Shown piece after piece: positions 43,728 to 52,468 of a stretch of 64,000 bases of DNA. Made by a program: the position numbers and the translations under genes. Under the pieces are notes generated by a model. It did not search any database. It was not told the DNA's origin and worked only from the letters and a program-made list of their open reading frames with translations. Every line of letters starts with the position of its first letter. The first letter of the stretch is position 1. Source of the stretch: a virus; IMG/VR virus record IMGVR_UViG_3300030099_006533; one strand, given 5' to 3'.

Positions 43728-46138
43728 ATATTAACCAATGGCGCAATTATTTGGCCGAGAGTAAGCCTGAGCGTCTTCTCAGGGAAATTACAGAAGATGA
43801 GCTTCTGCACATTCAGCAAGCCCTTGACGAAATGAGCAATGAAGACCTTGCATTCAATAAAATCTTTGATGGCAAGATGCGCGTTGTATTGGACTTTAAA
43901 ACAATGGACAAAACAAGTGCTTTGGGTACTTTTGTGAATTTCTTTAAAGTTAACGGCTATGAAGTTGATTGGAACAAGGGAATGCTCTCGGGCGTTCAAG
44001 AATTACATGATACAAGTGTATCTAACCAAGTTGCCGGCCTAGGCTTGGCAACAGGTGGCCAGGAATATAAGCCTCCACAAAAAAAGAAAATTCAAATGAA
44101 GGTTGGCAAGTATCTTAAGAAAGTTGCAGACCTTTATACAAAACAACAACAATACTTCCAGAAGATTGTTGCATACAGTAGAGAAAATCAAATTTATGGG
44201 AGGACACCAGAACGGCCGGGGCAAGTAACAGGCACACTAGAGGGCAAAGCATTAACCCCTGAAGAGCAAGAGAACTATCGCAGAATTGGTGCAAATTTAG
44301 ATATGTACGATCCAAAAGTTGGAAGAGGAATGGCTGCAAGTTTTGCTCAATATTGGGCCAAGAATGCTGAGTTTATCAAAGACAAAATTGGCACTCTTGA
44401 AAATGACAGGTACAGCATTATTATCACTCGACACCCTATTGACGTCCTTCGCATGAGTGATTTTGATGACATCACCTCTTGCCATTCTCCGCCCTCTAGA
44501 GGCACAGGGGAGAGCTATTACAAGTGTGCAGTGGCAGAAGCTCACGGGCACGGTGCGGTGGCCTATGTGGTCGAAACAGAGCACCTTAAAGAGTGGGCAG
44601 GCGATCCAAATGCCAGCCTTGAAGAAATTGAAGATGAAATGCAAACAGGCGAGATCTTTGATGATGACAGGCGATATGATGCGGGTAGCATTGAGCCCGT
44701 ATCTCGACTGCGTTTACGACAAGTTAGGTATTACGAAGCTACCCAAACAGGTGTACCTAAAACAGATGATTATAAGAAGGCCGGCCGCAATCCTTTTGAT
44801 GGAATTCAACTAGCAATTCCTGAAAAGCGAGTCTATGGTGAGAAAATCCCGGGCTTCAGAGATCGTGTAATGAAATGGGCAACAGAAGCTCAACAAAAAC
44901 AAATGCAGATTGTCAGAAGAGATTCAGAGCCCGACAATGATCAAAGAGTGATTCAACTAGACAAGTTTATCAAGTTTGGTGGCTCATACGAAGATAACAG
45001 TATTGGGCCACTGATTGCTGACTTCTTTGGAAACGAAGCTGGAGATGGTTTACCGGCCAACACAACTGGCTATGTTAAGCAGGATACAACGACAGAAGAC
45101 GAGTTAGATGCTAACCTTGTTGGAGGCCTTATGGAGCAATTTCAAGCAGAAGTTGACGATATTGCCGACAGGTGGAATAACCGTTACGCATATATGGAAG
45201 TAGAAGCCAGCGCTGAAGATGATGGCGGTGGCTCTGTTTATATCGAGATGCAGGCTCACATGAAGATTCGATGGGACGCAGATGAGTGGGCCACAATGCC
45301 CGGCTATCAAGAAGCCCGATATGCTGCGATGGAGCTTAATGATATAGGCTGGGGCTGGGTTGATTCTGATGGTGTAAACATGCAATCCGATGCAACTCGC
45401 GGCGAGATTATATATTCATTTGCTATCAACTTTGAAGGGATCATGGATGGCCCTAATAATATGGGTGAAGGAAGACGAGGCTATGCCGTTGATCCTGAAG
45501 AGTTCGAAGACTTCTGTGTTGCTCTTAACACAATCGATGATACGCACGATGGCGTAAAAGAGATGCTTGAAAGGTTCTACAAAAGAGAAGGGTACATGCA
45601 AGGTGGTGAGCTTGGTAGAATAGCTAGAGAAATCATCGACGGTGATCTTGATACTGAATGGGATATGGAACCCGATGACAGATACGATTGGGATGAAGTG
45701 ACTCAAATCGATGCAATCGCTAAATTTGACTTTGGTGCTTTTGATCCCCCACTTCCAGAGCACAATCCGGCCGTTGCAAAAGCTATCGCTGAAGACAGGG
45801 ACTTTCAAATTCAATTTCGAAAAGCTATCCATGAAAGCGCGCAACGGAAAATGAATACAGAATACTTTGTCGACACCTATTGGAGAGTTTATCTAGACAC
45901 TAGCAATGATGTTATTATGGAATGTAATCTTCGTGTAAACGACAGATCAAAAGATGAACAAGTCAGTATACTTGAACAGATTGTCACTGACAATTTTGAC
46001 TTAGATGATCTTCGTGACTCAGTACTGCGGCCTCTAGTGATCCAAGCGATGAACTCTAGAATGCCTTCGGGAATGCAACAGTCTTTTAATGAAAATGCAA
46101 GAATTGTAAAAAGCTGGAAGAGCTTCCTTAAAGGCTAG
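43724..46138 (+). CDS. 804-aa protein, paralog of the 1410-aa protein
   Basis: Shared motifs over about 650 aa; N-terminal QWRNYLAE leader. Confidence 0.8.
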   Translation: MNINQWRNYLAESKPERLLREITEDELLHIQQALDEMSNEDLAFNKIFDGKMRVVLDFKTMDKTSALGTFVNFFKVNGYEVDWNKGMLSGVQELHDTSVSNQVAGLGLATGGQEYKPPQKKKIQMKVGKYLKKVADLYTKQQQYFQKIVAYSRENQIYGRTPERPGQVTGTLEGKALTPEEQENYRRIGANLDMYDPKVGRGMAASFAQYWAKNAEFIKDKIGTLENDRYSIIITRHPIDVLRMSDFDDITSCHSPPSRGTGESYYKCAVAEAHGHGAVAYVVETEHLKEWAGDPNASLEEIEDEMQTGEIFDDDRRYDAGSIEPVSRLRLRQVRYYEATQTGVPKTDDYKKAGRNPFDGIQLAIPEKRVYGEKIPGFRDRVMKWATEAQQKQMQIVRRDSEPDNDQRVIQLDKFIKFGGSYEDNSIGPLIADFFGNEAGDGLPANTTGYVKQDTTTEDELDANLVGGLMEQFQAEVDDIADRWNNRYAYMEVEASAEDDGGGSVYIEMQAHMKIRWDADEWATMPGYQEARYAAMELNDIGWGWVDSDGVNMQSDATRGEIIYSFAINFEGIMDGPNNMGEGRRGYAVDPEEFEDFCVALNTIDDTHDGVKEMLERFYKREGYMQGGELGRIAREIIDGDLDTEWDMEPDDRYDWDEVTQIDAIAKFDFGAFDPPLPEHNPAVAKAIAEDRDFQIQFRKAIHESAQRKMNTEYFVDTYWRVYLDTSNDVIMECNLRVNDRSKDEQVSILEQIVTDNFDLDDLRDSVLRPLVIQAMNSRMPSGMQQSFNENARIVKSWKSFLKG

Positions 46139-46148
46139 TCTATTTACT
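46139..46148 (+). promoter_or_regulatory. CTANTTA motif (putative late promoter)
   Basis: TCTATTTACT abutting ATG 46149. Confidence 0.4.
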
Positions 46149-46568
46149 ATGGCACTATACGAAATAAAATGGAGAGAGTTCTTGGACGAAAACAAAGAAG
46201 GCAAAGATTCCGACCAAATCGCTAAGGCAGTTCTTTATAAGGACGACAAAGTTTTGTTGCTTAAGCGCTCCTCTTATATGAAGAAGCATGCCAAAGAATG
46301 GGATTTGCCCGGAGGGCATGTCATGGAAGGCGAAGACCTCGTAGACGGCCTTCTGAGAGAGGTTTGGGAAGAAACCGGACTCCACATCAAAAACCCGGAA
46401 AGACTCCACAGAAACAAGCGTGACACCTATTATAAAGCGAAATTACCAGACACAAAAGTAAAGCTCAGTGATGAACACACTGAACACAAGATGTTCTCGC
46501 TAGAAGATCTAGAAGATTTGAATTTACCAGATAAATATGCAAGAGCAGTTAAGGAAGCGCTATCGTGA
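46149..46568 (+). CDS. Nudix hydrolase with W-R-x-F-L-x-E leader
   Basis: WDLPGGHVMEGEDLVDGLLREVWEETGL Nudix box. Confidence 0.92.
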   Translation: MALYEIKWREFLDENKEGKDSDQIAKAVLYKDDKVLLLKRSSYMKKHAKEWDLPGGHVMEGEDLVDGLLREVWEETGLHIKNPERLHRNKRDTYYKAKLPDTKVKLSDEHTEHKMFSLEDLEDLNLPDKYARAVKEALS

Positions 46569-47167
46569 ACAAACGTTGGAAAAACTTTATTAAAGAAAAG
46601 AAGTTCGCTGATTTTTCAAAGGGAAAAGGCCAGTGGACAGATTTAAGTGTATCTGATTTAAAAGACCCTGAGAACGTTGATTTGACTTTTGAGCTTTATG
46701 ACTTAATCGCCACTGCTTATGCCAATATTGGTGGCCACCTTAATTTTAAAGGTCCTGAAGATATCCCCGGTAAGGAAGATATGTGGACAGCTGTAGATAT
46801 TGATGGAGACGAAACTCCTGATGCTTTGAAATTTGGTAAGACTAAGCCGCACGGTAATAAAACTAGTGGAGGCGGACACGACGGAACTCGCCCTGGAAAG
46901 GACGCTTACAAAGCCAAAACTGCCCAGCTGCTTCACACCAGCGGTCATTATGCAGAAATGTCTAAAGGTATCGGACATATTATGTTAACATATTATCAAG
47001 TGCCCGCTGTAGAGGATGAGGAAACGGTAAGGAAAGTTCTAGGAAAAGAGATCGAGTGGATCGGACCACACCCAGAAGGTAAATATCCCGGTATCAATGG
47101 CTGGTATGTTCGTACAATCAATAATAACAAAGAGCTAAAAATCATGTTGGGTAATCCCAACGCTTAA
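46565..47167 (+). CDS. hypothetical protein with RWKNFIKE leader
   Basis: Tiling ORF with leader motif. Confidence 0.7.
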   Translation: MNKRWKNFIKEKKFADFSKGKGQWTDLSVSDLKDPENVDLTFELYDLIATAYANIGGHLNFKGPEDIPGKEDMWTAVDIDGDETPDALKFGKTKPHGNKTSGGGHDGTRPGKDAYKAKTAQLLHTSGHYAEMSKGIGHIMLTYYQVPAVEDEETVRKVLGKEIEWIGPHPEGKYPGINGWYVRTINNNKELKIMLGNPNA

Positions 47168-47182
47168 CAAATAGGAGTAAAA

Positions 47183-47380
47183 ATGGCTGCTACAAAAACC
47201 ACCACAACTGCGCTCAAGAATCAAGTCAATACGCTTACGGAAGAAAACACTACCCTTCGTAATGCAAAGGACGCTGTCTTGGCAAGAGTTGGCGGACTTC
47301 GTGCTCACATTATGCAGAATAATGTGACAGACACGAAGGAAATTGTTAGACTGCTTGAACAAATAATTCATGACGGCTAA
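47183..47380 (+). CDS. small coiled-coil protein
   Basis: AGGAG RBS; followed by terminator. Confidence 0.7.
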   Translation: MAATKTTTTALKNQVNTLTEENTTLRNAKDAVLARVGGLRAHIMQNNVTDTKEIVRLLEQIIHDG

Positions 47381-47391
47381 CACAACATCTT

Positions 47392-47414
47392 AGCGGGCTC
47401 CGGCCCGCTTTTTT
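47392..47414 (+). terminator. Rho-independent terminator
   Basis: AGCGGGC-TCCG-GCCCGCT-TTTTT. Confidence 0.85.
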
Positions 47415-47439
47415 GTTATGTGCCCTTTATAATATAATG

Positions 47440-47449
47440 ACTATTTATA
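47440..47449 (+). promoter_or_regulatory. CTANTTA motif (putative late promoter)
   Basis: ACTATTTATA ending 7 nt before ATG 47456, right after a terminator. Confidence 0.5.
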
Positions 47450-47455
47450 ATCGTT

Positions 47456-47701
47456 ATGGGACATTTAAAACAAGTAAATGAGAGCTATTTTGAGCATCTC
47501 GCTACCACCGCCAGGGTGGCCTCACGACTTGTCTGTGCGGCAGGTTGTCAATTAATACACGGTCTTGTGCCCGATTTAAACCCTCCATTTAACAATAATT
47601 TAGAATCTATTATTGGCTTTCTCAACAGGAACCTGCCCTGCAACCGTATTAATGGTGAAGTTGATGACGAAGAACTATATACTAGTTATGGAGGCGATTA
47701 A
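47456..47701 (+). CDS. conserved hypothetical protein
   Basis: HLKQVNESYFEH...LIHGLVP. Confidence 0.65.
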   Translation: MGHLKQVNESYFEHLATTARVASRLVCAAGCQLIHGLVPDLNPPFNNNLESIIGFLNRNLPCNRINGEVDDEELYTSYGGD

Positions 47702-47702
47702 A

Positions 47703-47891
47703 GTGACAAAATTTGGCAAAACCTTACTTTCTGTTTACTGTCTATTTGTCGCAGGAATCCTATTTTCTATGTCATGTGTTAAGCAAAAGAAAGTAGACGA
47801 GCCTTTAAAATACGAACCTGATCCCGCTCTTCTTGAACTCGATGACGAAGAGTTGGAAGATTTACCAGAAGACACGGGAGAAACCTTATGA
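47703..47891 (+). CDS. putative small lipoprotein
   Basis: GTG after GGAGG; hydrophobic stretch then MSC. Confidence 0.55.
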   Translation: MTKFGKTLLSVYCLFVAGILFSMSCVKQKKVDEPLKYEPDPALLELDDEELEDLPEDTGETL

Positions 47892-49288
47892 AAAAAATTC
47901 TAGATAACTGGAGTAAATATCTCACCGAATCTCATTCAAAAAAACATGAAGAGCAGCTTGAAGATATTGTTAAAGAACTAGAGAAGGCCTCTGAGATGCA
48001 TGCCAATCAATCCAAACAATTAGAGAAGGCCTCTCAAATGCACGCCAGCCAAGCTGAACGTATTCAGAAGATTCTCGATGAGACAGACGACGAAGAGCTT
48101 GAAGAAGCTCTAGATTCAAAAAGAATCGCCGCAATGGAAGATCAATATGTAAAGTTAGGTGGCAAAGGTGGCCCTGCTGCATCTATCTTCCAACAACTTA
48201 CTAAACTATCAAAAATGGGTAAGTACGATATGAAACGTTTACGCAATAAGATGAAGGCAGTAAAGGAAGGAAAGAAAAACTGTGGATGTGGCCAAGACCC
48301 TTGCAAGACTTACGGTGTTCAAGATGAAGGTGTCGAGTTAGACGAGAAGAAGAAAAAAAAGAAGAAGAAAAAGAAGAAGTCTAAAGGCAAAAAAGACGCG
48401 TGCTACCACAAGGTAAAAGCAAGATATGATGTATGGCCTTCTGCTTATGCTTCTGGTGCTCTCGTTAAGTGTCGTAAAGTTGGTGCTAAAAATTGGGGTA
48501 ACAAGTCTAAAAAGAATGAAAATCAAGAGTTTGAAGACCTTCTAGTTCAAATCGTTACCGAAGAGTTGGTCGACCTTCTTGAAAAAAAAAAGAAAAAAAA
48601 GAAAAAGCGTAAAGGCGGAAAGAAAGACGGCAAAGGAGCTAGCGACCCAGGATACACACTAAGAGATTGGTTTAAAAACGGAGGCTGGGTTCAGACTGGC
48701 GGTGCTCATGATGGCAAGCCATGTGCCAAGCAGCCCGGGCAAAAAACAAAACCCTACTGCAGGGATCCTGACGACCGAGCGAAACTCAGTAAGAAAGATC
48801 GTAATAAGAGAGCTGCCAAAAAACGTAGGGAAGACCCAAATCCTAACCGTAAAGGAAAAGCTAAAAACGTAAGCCAAAAGAAAAAACGTAAATCTAAAAA
48901 GGAATCAATTGAAATGATTACAACACAACAATTAACAGAAATTATTCTAGACGAGTTAAGTGATAACGTCTACTACCACATTACAGATGCAACCTATGAC
49001 GATGGGTCGCTCGCAGAAGATGTGGAGTTTTGGGATGATGTGATCGAGGAAGCCGAGTACCGTGGCCGAAAGGTCAAACTTAACAAGCCAACCCGGGGCG
49101 ATGTTAAAAAGTTCAAGGTTTATGTGAAGAATGCTAAAGGCAATGTTGTCAAGGTAAACTTTGGTGATAAGAAAATGAGAATTAAAAAGTCAAACCCGAA
49201 ACGACGCAAGTCTTTTAGAGCTAGACATAATTGTGATAATCCGGGCCCCAAATGGAAAGCACGCTATTGGTCATGCAGGAAGTGGTAA
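47888..49288 (+). CDS. modular highly basic virion-type protein
   Basis: MKKILDNWSKYLTE leader; KKDACYHKVK..WPSAYASG module; LRDWFK..GWV module; AEY.G+KV.LNKP..GD.KKF.VYV..G.V.KVNFGD module. Confidence 0.8.
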   Translation: MKKILDNWSKYLTESHSKKHEEQLEDIVKELEKASEMHANQSKQLEKASQMHASQAERIQKILDETDDEELEEALDSKRIAAMEDQYVKLGGKGGPAASIFQQLTKLSKMGKYDMKRLRNKMKAVKEGKKNCGCGQDPCKTYGVQDEGVELDEKKKKKKKKKKKSKGKKDACYHKVKARYDVWPSAYASGALVKCRKVGAKNWGNKSKKNENQEFEDLLVQIVTEELVDLLEKKKKKKKKRKGGKKDGKGASDPGYTLRDWFKNGGWVQTGGAHDGKPCAKQPGQKTKPYCRDPDDRAKLSKKDRNKRAAKKRREDPNPNRKGKAKNVSQKKKRKSKKESIEMITTQQLTEIILDELSDNVYYHITDATYDDGSLAEDVEFWDDVIEEAEYRGRKVKLNKPTRGDVKKFKVYVKNAKGNVVKVNFGDKKMRIKKSNPKRRKSFRARHNCDNPGPKWKARYWSCRKW

Positions 49289-49289
49289 T

Positions 49290-49769
49290 ATGAAACTTTT
49301 AATTGAAAATTGGCGCGCCTATATAAAGGAATCCCCCGAAGATAGTAATCTAAAGAATCAAATTGATGATATTATGAGAACTGCGGCAAATATGAGGCTG
49401 ATGACTGGTGCACCCGGCCAGCGGAACATGCGTCCAGAATGGGAAAATGTATTACAAGCACTAGATGATATCGCACTAAATGTTAGCGGAGCTTCTTCTG
49501 TTGATATTATCCTGATGCCAGCTTACCGAGATTCTATCAAATCACGAATGAAAATGTCTTTCGATCAATTAGATAAATTGGAAACAGCAGCACAAGATAA
49601 TACTGTTAAGTTACTACAGGCATTGTCAAAAGAATTAAAAATCATGGACGGCGAAGTACCTCAAAACTTAATTGATGCTTTCCTTAAAGCAAACGAGAAG
49701 ATAAGTGTTGAGAGAGCAAAACCAGTAGGTAAGTTTCGAGCCGATACACTGGGATCACGGAGAAAATAA
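49290..49769 (+). CDS. MKLLIENWR-leader hypothetical protein
   Basis: Leader motif. Confidence 0.7.
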   Translation: MKLLIENWRAYIKESPEDSNLKNQIDDIMRTAANMRLMTGAPGQRNMRPEWENVLQALDDIALNVSGASSVDIILMPAYRDSIKSRMKMSFDQLDKLETAAQDNTVKLLQALSKELKIMDGEVPQNLIDAFLKANEKISVERAKPVGKFRADTLGSRRK

Positions 49770-49995
49770 AAACAGAACATGGACCACTCAGCAACAAATC
49801 TAAAAAAAATTATTGATGAGGTCTTATATTTAAGAAAAGTGATGATTTATGAGATTCGATACATGGGCGAAGACTTGCTAGAAACAATGGAGACTAAAAA
49901 ATGAAAACAGTTATCAAGTACCTTAGAAAACTCGCGGATCTAACGATTGGCCGCTGCTGTTCCGACTGCGGCTGCTGGAATACAGGAGAGGGCAA

Positions 49996-50922
49996 ATGAA
50001 ACTTATAATGGAAAACTGGAAGAGATTTTTGAATGAATCGAGCGAACCTTCCGGGCCCCCTTGGAGTGAGCCCGCCCAAGTCCTCGCCGCTTTGGCCCAA
50101 CGGGGGTATGAGCCCCTAGGCAACGACCCCGCAGAAGTCGAAGATTACATTGCGACAATGCTAACGTCGGCGCCGGTCAGGCAATGGGAAGTGACTGACT
50201 GGATAAGCACCTTGGACGGAGAATGGATCATTCACCCCGCCAAAGAGAAAGAACGCATCGAGAAACAGAAGCAGCGCGAGAAAGACCCAGAGTATCAGAA
50301 AAGGTGGGACGACATTGAACGCAAGCGTCGGGAGATGTCCGCGGCCGTCGACTCTATCGACTGGGCAACAACAGACTTGGGGCACCCCAAGGGACTCGAA
50401 GAACACAAACAACAGATCCTAGATTATCTAGAAGAAAACAATATTGTTCTTACAGAAGAGGAACTAGCAGAAGCAATGTCTGGTTTAGGGAAGAGGCTCG
50501 CTGCTGCAGGTCTTGCTGCGTCACTGGGTTTGAGTACAGCGACACCTGCACAGGCCAACCCTATTGCAGACTTTTTTAGATCCAAAGCCCAAACTCACCA
50601 AGTAGATCAAGCTCAACAAGCCGATCAGCAACAAGCTGATCAAGAATCTGAGACAAAAGCACAAGAAGGGTATAGTGTTGTAGACGGTGTTCATTATTTT
50701 TTCGTCAAGGGCGAGCCGGGCGATTACTTTGCAGAAAGGCAAGCTCAACAAAATTTAATGAGAAAACTTGTTGGACAAGGCGGCCCTCTAGAGGGAGAAT
50801 CTACAGTTCACGGCGCCGTAAAAGCTGGTTATAAAGATGGCATGCACGGATATATGTGGAGTACACAGACTGCTGCTAATGCAAAACAAATGATCCAGCA
50901 AATGCAACAAATGCAACGATAA
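49996..50922 (+). CDS. MKLIMENWK-leader hypothetical protein
   Basis: Leader motif; internal hydrophobic Ala-rich stretch; Gln-rich. Confidence 0.75.
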   Translation: MKLIMENWKRFLNESSEPSGPPWSEPAQVLAALAQRGYEPLGNDPAEVEDYIATMLTSAPVRQWEVTDWISTLDGEWIIHPAKEKERIEKQKQREKDPEYQKRWDDIERKRREMSAAVDSIDWATTDLGHPKGLEEHKQQILDYLEENNIVLTEEELAEAMSGLGKRLAAAGLAASLGLSTATPAQANPIADFFRSKAQTHQVDQAQQADQQQADQESETKAQEGYSVVDGVHYFFVKGEPGDYFAERQAQQNLMRKLVGQGGPLEGESTVHGAVKAGYKDGMHGYMWSTQTAANAKQMIQQMQQMQR

Positions 50923-50929
50923 AACAACT

Positions 50930-51232
50930 ATGAAACTTCTATTTGAAAATTGGCGAAAGCTACTAAATGAGGAAAGTGACTCAAGTAACCAAGACAATGA
51001 AACAGACTTGTTGCTCCCTCAAAATAAAAAAATAGTTTTAAAAGCCGATACTCCCGATCATGATCGTGGCCTTGTAGTAAAGTGGAGAGAAGATGGGGGT
51101 TATGATGTTTATTATTGGTATGATGATCCCGACACCCCTGTCCCGGCAGAACTAGAGGCAGATGGAAAAAAGATTGGCGATGATATAAAAAAAGTGTTTT
51201 TAGGATTCCACCCGGAGCTTGATGACAAATGA
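50930..51232 (+). CDS. MKLLFENWR-leader hypothetical protein
   Basis: Leader motif. Confidence 0.75.
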   Translation: MKLLFENWRKLLNEESDSSNQDNETDLLLPQNKKIVLKADTPDHDRGLVVKWREDGGYDVYYWYDDPDTPVPAELEADGKKIGDDIKKVFLGFHPELDDK

Positions 51233-51777
51233 AACTCCTACTTGAAAACTGGCGGAAGTATCTTACAGAGGCGAAAGTCTACACGCCCGAAGAAGTGCGC
51301 TCAGTTTTCTTTCCTTCGATGCCTGATCATGTCTTTAACGATATGAAGCGTGAGGGGTTTGGATCGTTTCTCGAAGACAGAGCTGATGATATAGAGGAAC
51401 AGGGGCTAGAAAAGATACTGACCACTGATGAATACGGCAAAGCTTGGTACGATCGATATAATCTTAACTGGACGCAAGATGCTCAAATTCTTGATTTATC
51501 TTGGGAAGACGTCGGTGCTAAGGAGCGCAAGTTCCTGATGGATAAGTACAAAGGCAAGAATCCTGATTTCCCCCAAGCCGATCAGGAAAAGCGCTATGCG
51601 GATATGATGCAGAGATTCCCGGGATTGGGCACAGGAGATCACGAACCAGTTATCGTTAAGATGGAAGGTGGAAAGATTGTTGACATTATCGGTGGCCGCC
51701 ATCGTACGTTTGCCGCGTTCTTAAAAAATAATTTCAAACCTATTAAACTAAATGCATATGTGGGGACTGCTAAATGA
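51229..51777 (+). CDS. MKLLLENWR-leader protein with ParB/Srx-like C-terminal motif
   Basis: EPVIV...IIGGRHRTFAA. Confidence 0.7.
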   Translation: MKLLLENWRKYLTEAKVYTPEEVRSVFFPSMPDHVFNDMKREGFGSFLEDRADDIEEQGLEKILTTDEYGKAWYDRYNLNWTQDAQILDLSWEDVGAKERKFLMDKYKGKNPDFPQADQEKRYADMMQRFPGLGTGDHEPVIVKMEGGKIVDIIGGRHRTFAAFLKNNFKPIKLNAYVGTAK

Positions 51778-52406
51778 AACTCCTACTTGAAAATTGGCGA
51801 AAGCACATCATCATCAAAGAAGAAAAGGGCAAGCACCAGATCTACTGTGATATGGATGGTGTTCTAGTTGATTTTGTCAAGGGAGCAGTTGATCAGATTA
51901 ACCATGATATTAAGAATACTATGCTAGCCACAGAAGAGCTTGAGGCTCTAAGAGAAAAGCTCAAGCAAATGGGCAAGAAAAAGATTGAAGAGAAGGACCT
52001 TCATATCAACTCCTCAATGGCCCTAGAAGAGGCTAGAGTGTACATGTACAAGCGTTTGGCAGGAGATAAGAAGTGGTGGGCCGAACTGCCTTGGATGCCC
52101 GATGGAAAGCGTTTATGGAACTTTATTAAAAAGTATGATCCGCTTATTCTTACCACACCAATGAAAAACAAGGCATCCGAAGAAGGCAAGCTTATTTGGG
52201 TTGAGTACAATCTTGGTATTCCCCGAGGAAAAGTTCACTTTTCTCACAACAAATATGAGTACGCCAAAGATGGTGATAATCCTAATGTTTTAATTGATGA
52301 TTTCTTAAGAAAAAATATTATGCCATATCGTGAAGCTGGTGGTATCGGTATTCATCATACAGGCGCAGATTCTAGTATTCAAGAACTTAAAAAACTTGGG
52401 TTTTAA
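51774..52406 (+). CDS. HAD 5'(3')-nucleotidase-like protein with MKLLLENWR leader
   Basis: IYCDMDGVLVDF, ILTTP, K..WV, LIDDF..NI. Confidence 0.85.
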   Translation: MKLLLENWRKHIIIKEEKGKHQIYCDMDGVLVDFVKGAVDQINHDIKNTMLATEELEALREKLKQMGKKKIEEKDLHINSSMALEEARVYMYKRLAGDKKWWAELPWMPDGKRLWNFIKKYDPLILTTPMKNKASEEGKLIWVEYNLGIPRGKVHFSHNKYEYAKDGDNPNVLIDDFLRKNIMPYREAGGIGIHHTGADSSIQELKKLGF

Positions 52407-52432
52407 TAAAAAGCGGTTTTAGTAACTTTTCA

Positions 52433-52442
52433 ACTATTTATT
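52433..52442 (+). promoter_or_regulatory. CTANTTA motif (putative late promoter)
   Basis: ACTATTTATT upstream of 52469. Confidence 0.45.
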
Positions 52443-52468
52443 GTCGTATTGCTGGAGTTTTACCTATT

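Noticed and set aside
30152-52440. IHF sites (TTTCAACTACTTA at 30152 and 32373; TATCAGGTAGTTA at 38260; TTTCAACTATTTA near 52428)
   Set aside because: Three of the four overlap the CTANTTA promoter-like motif and deviate from WATCAR; the one exact match is isolated, so the IHF interpretation is unsupported
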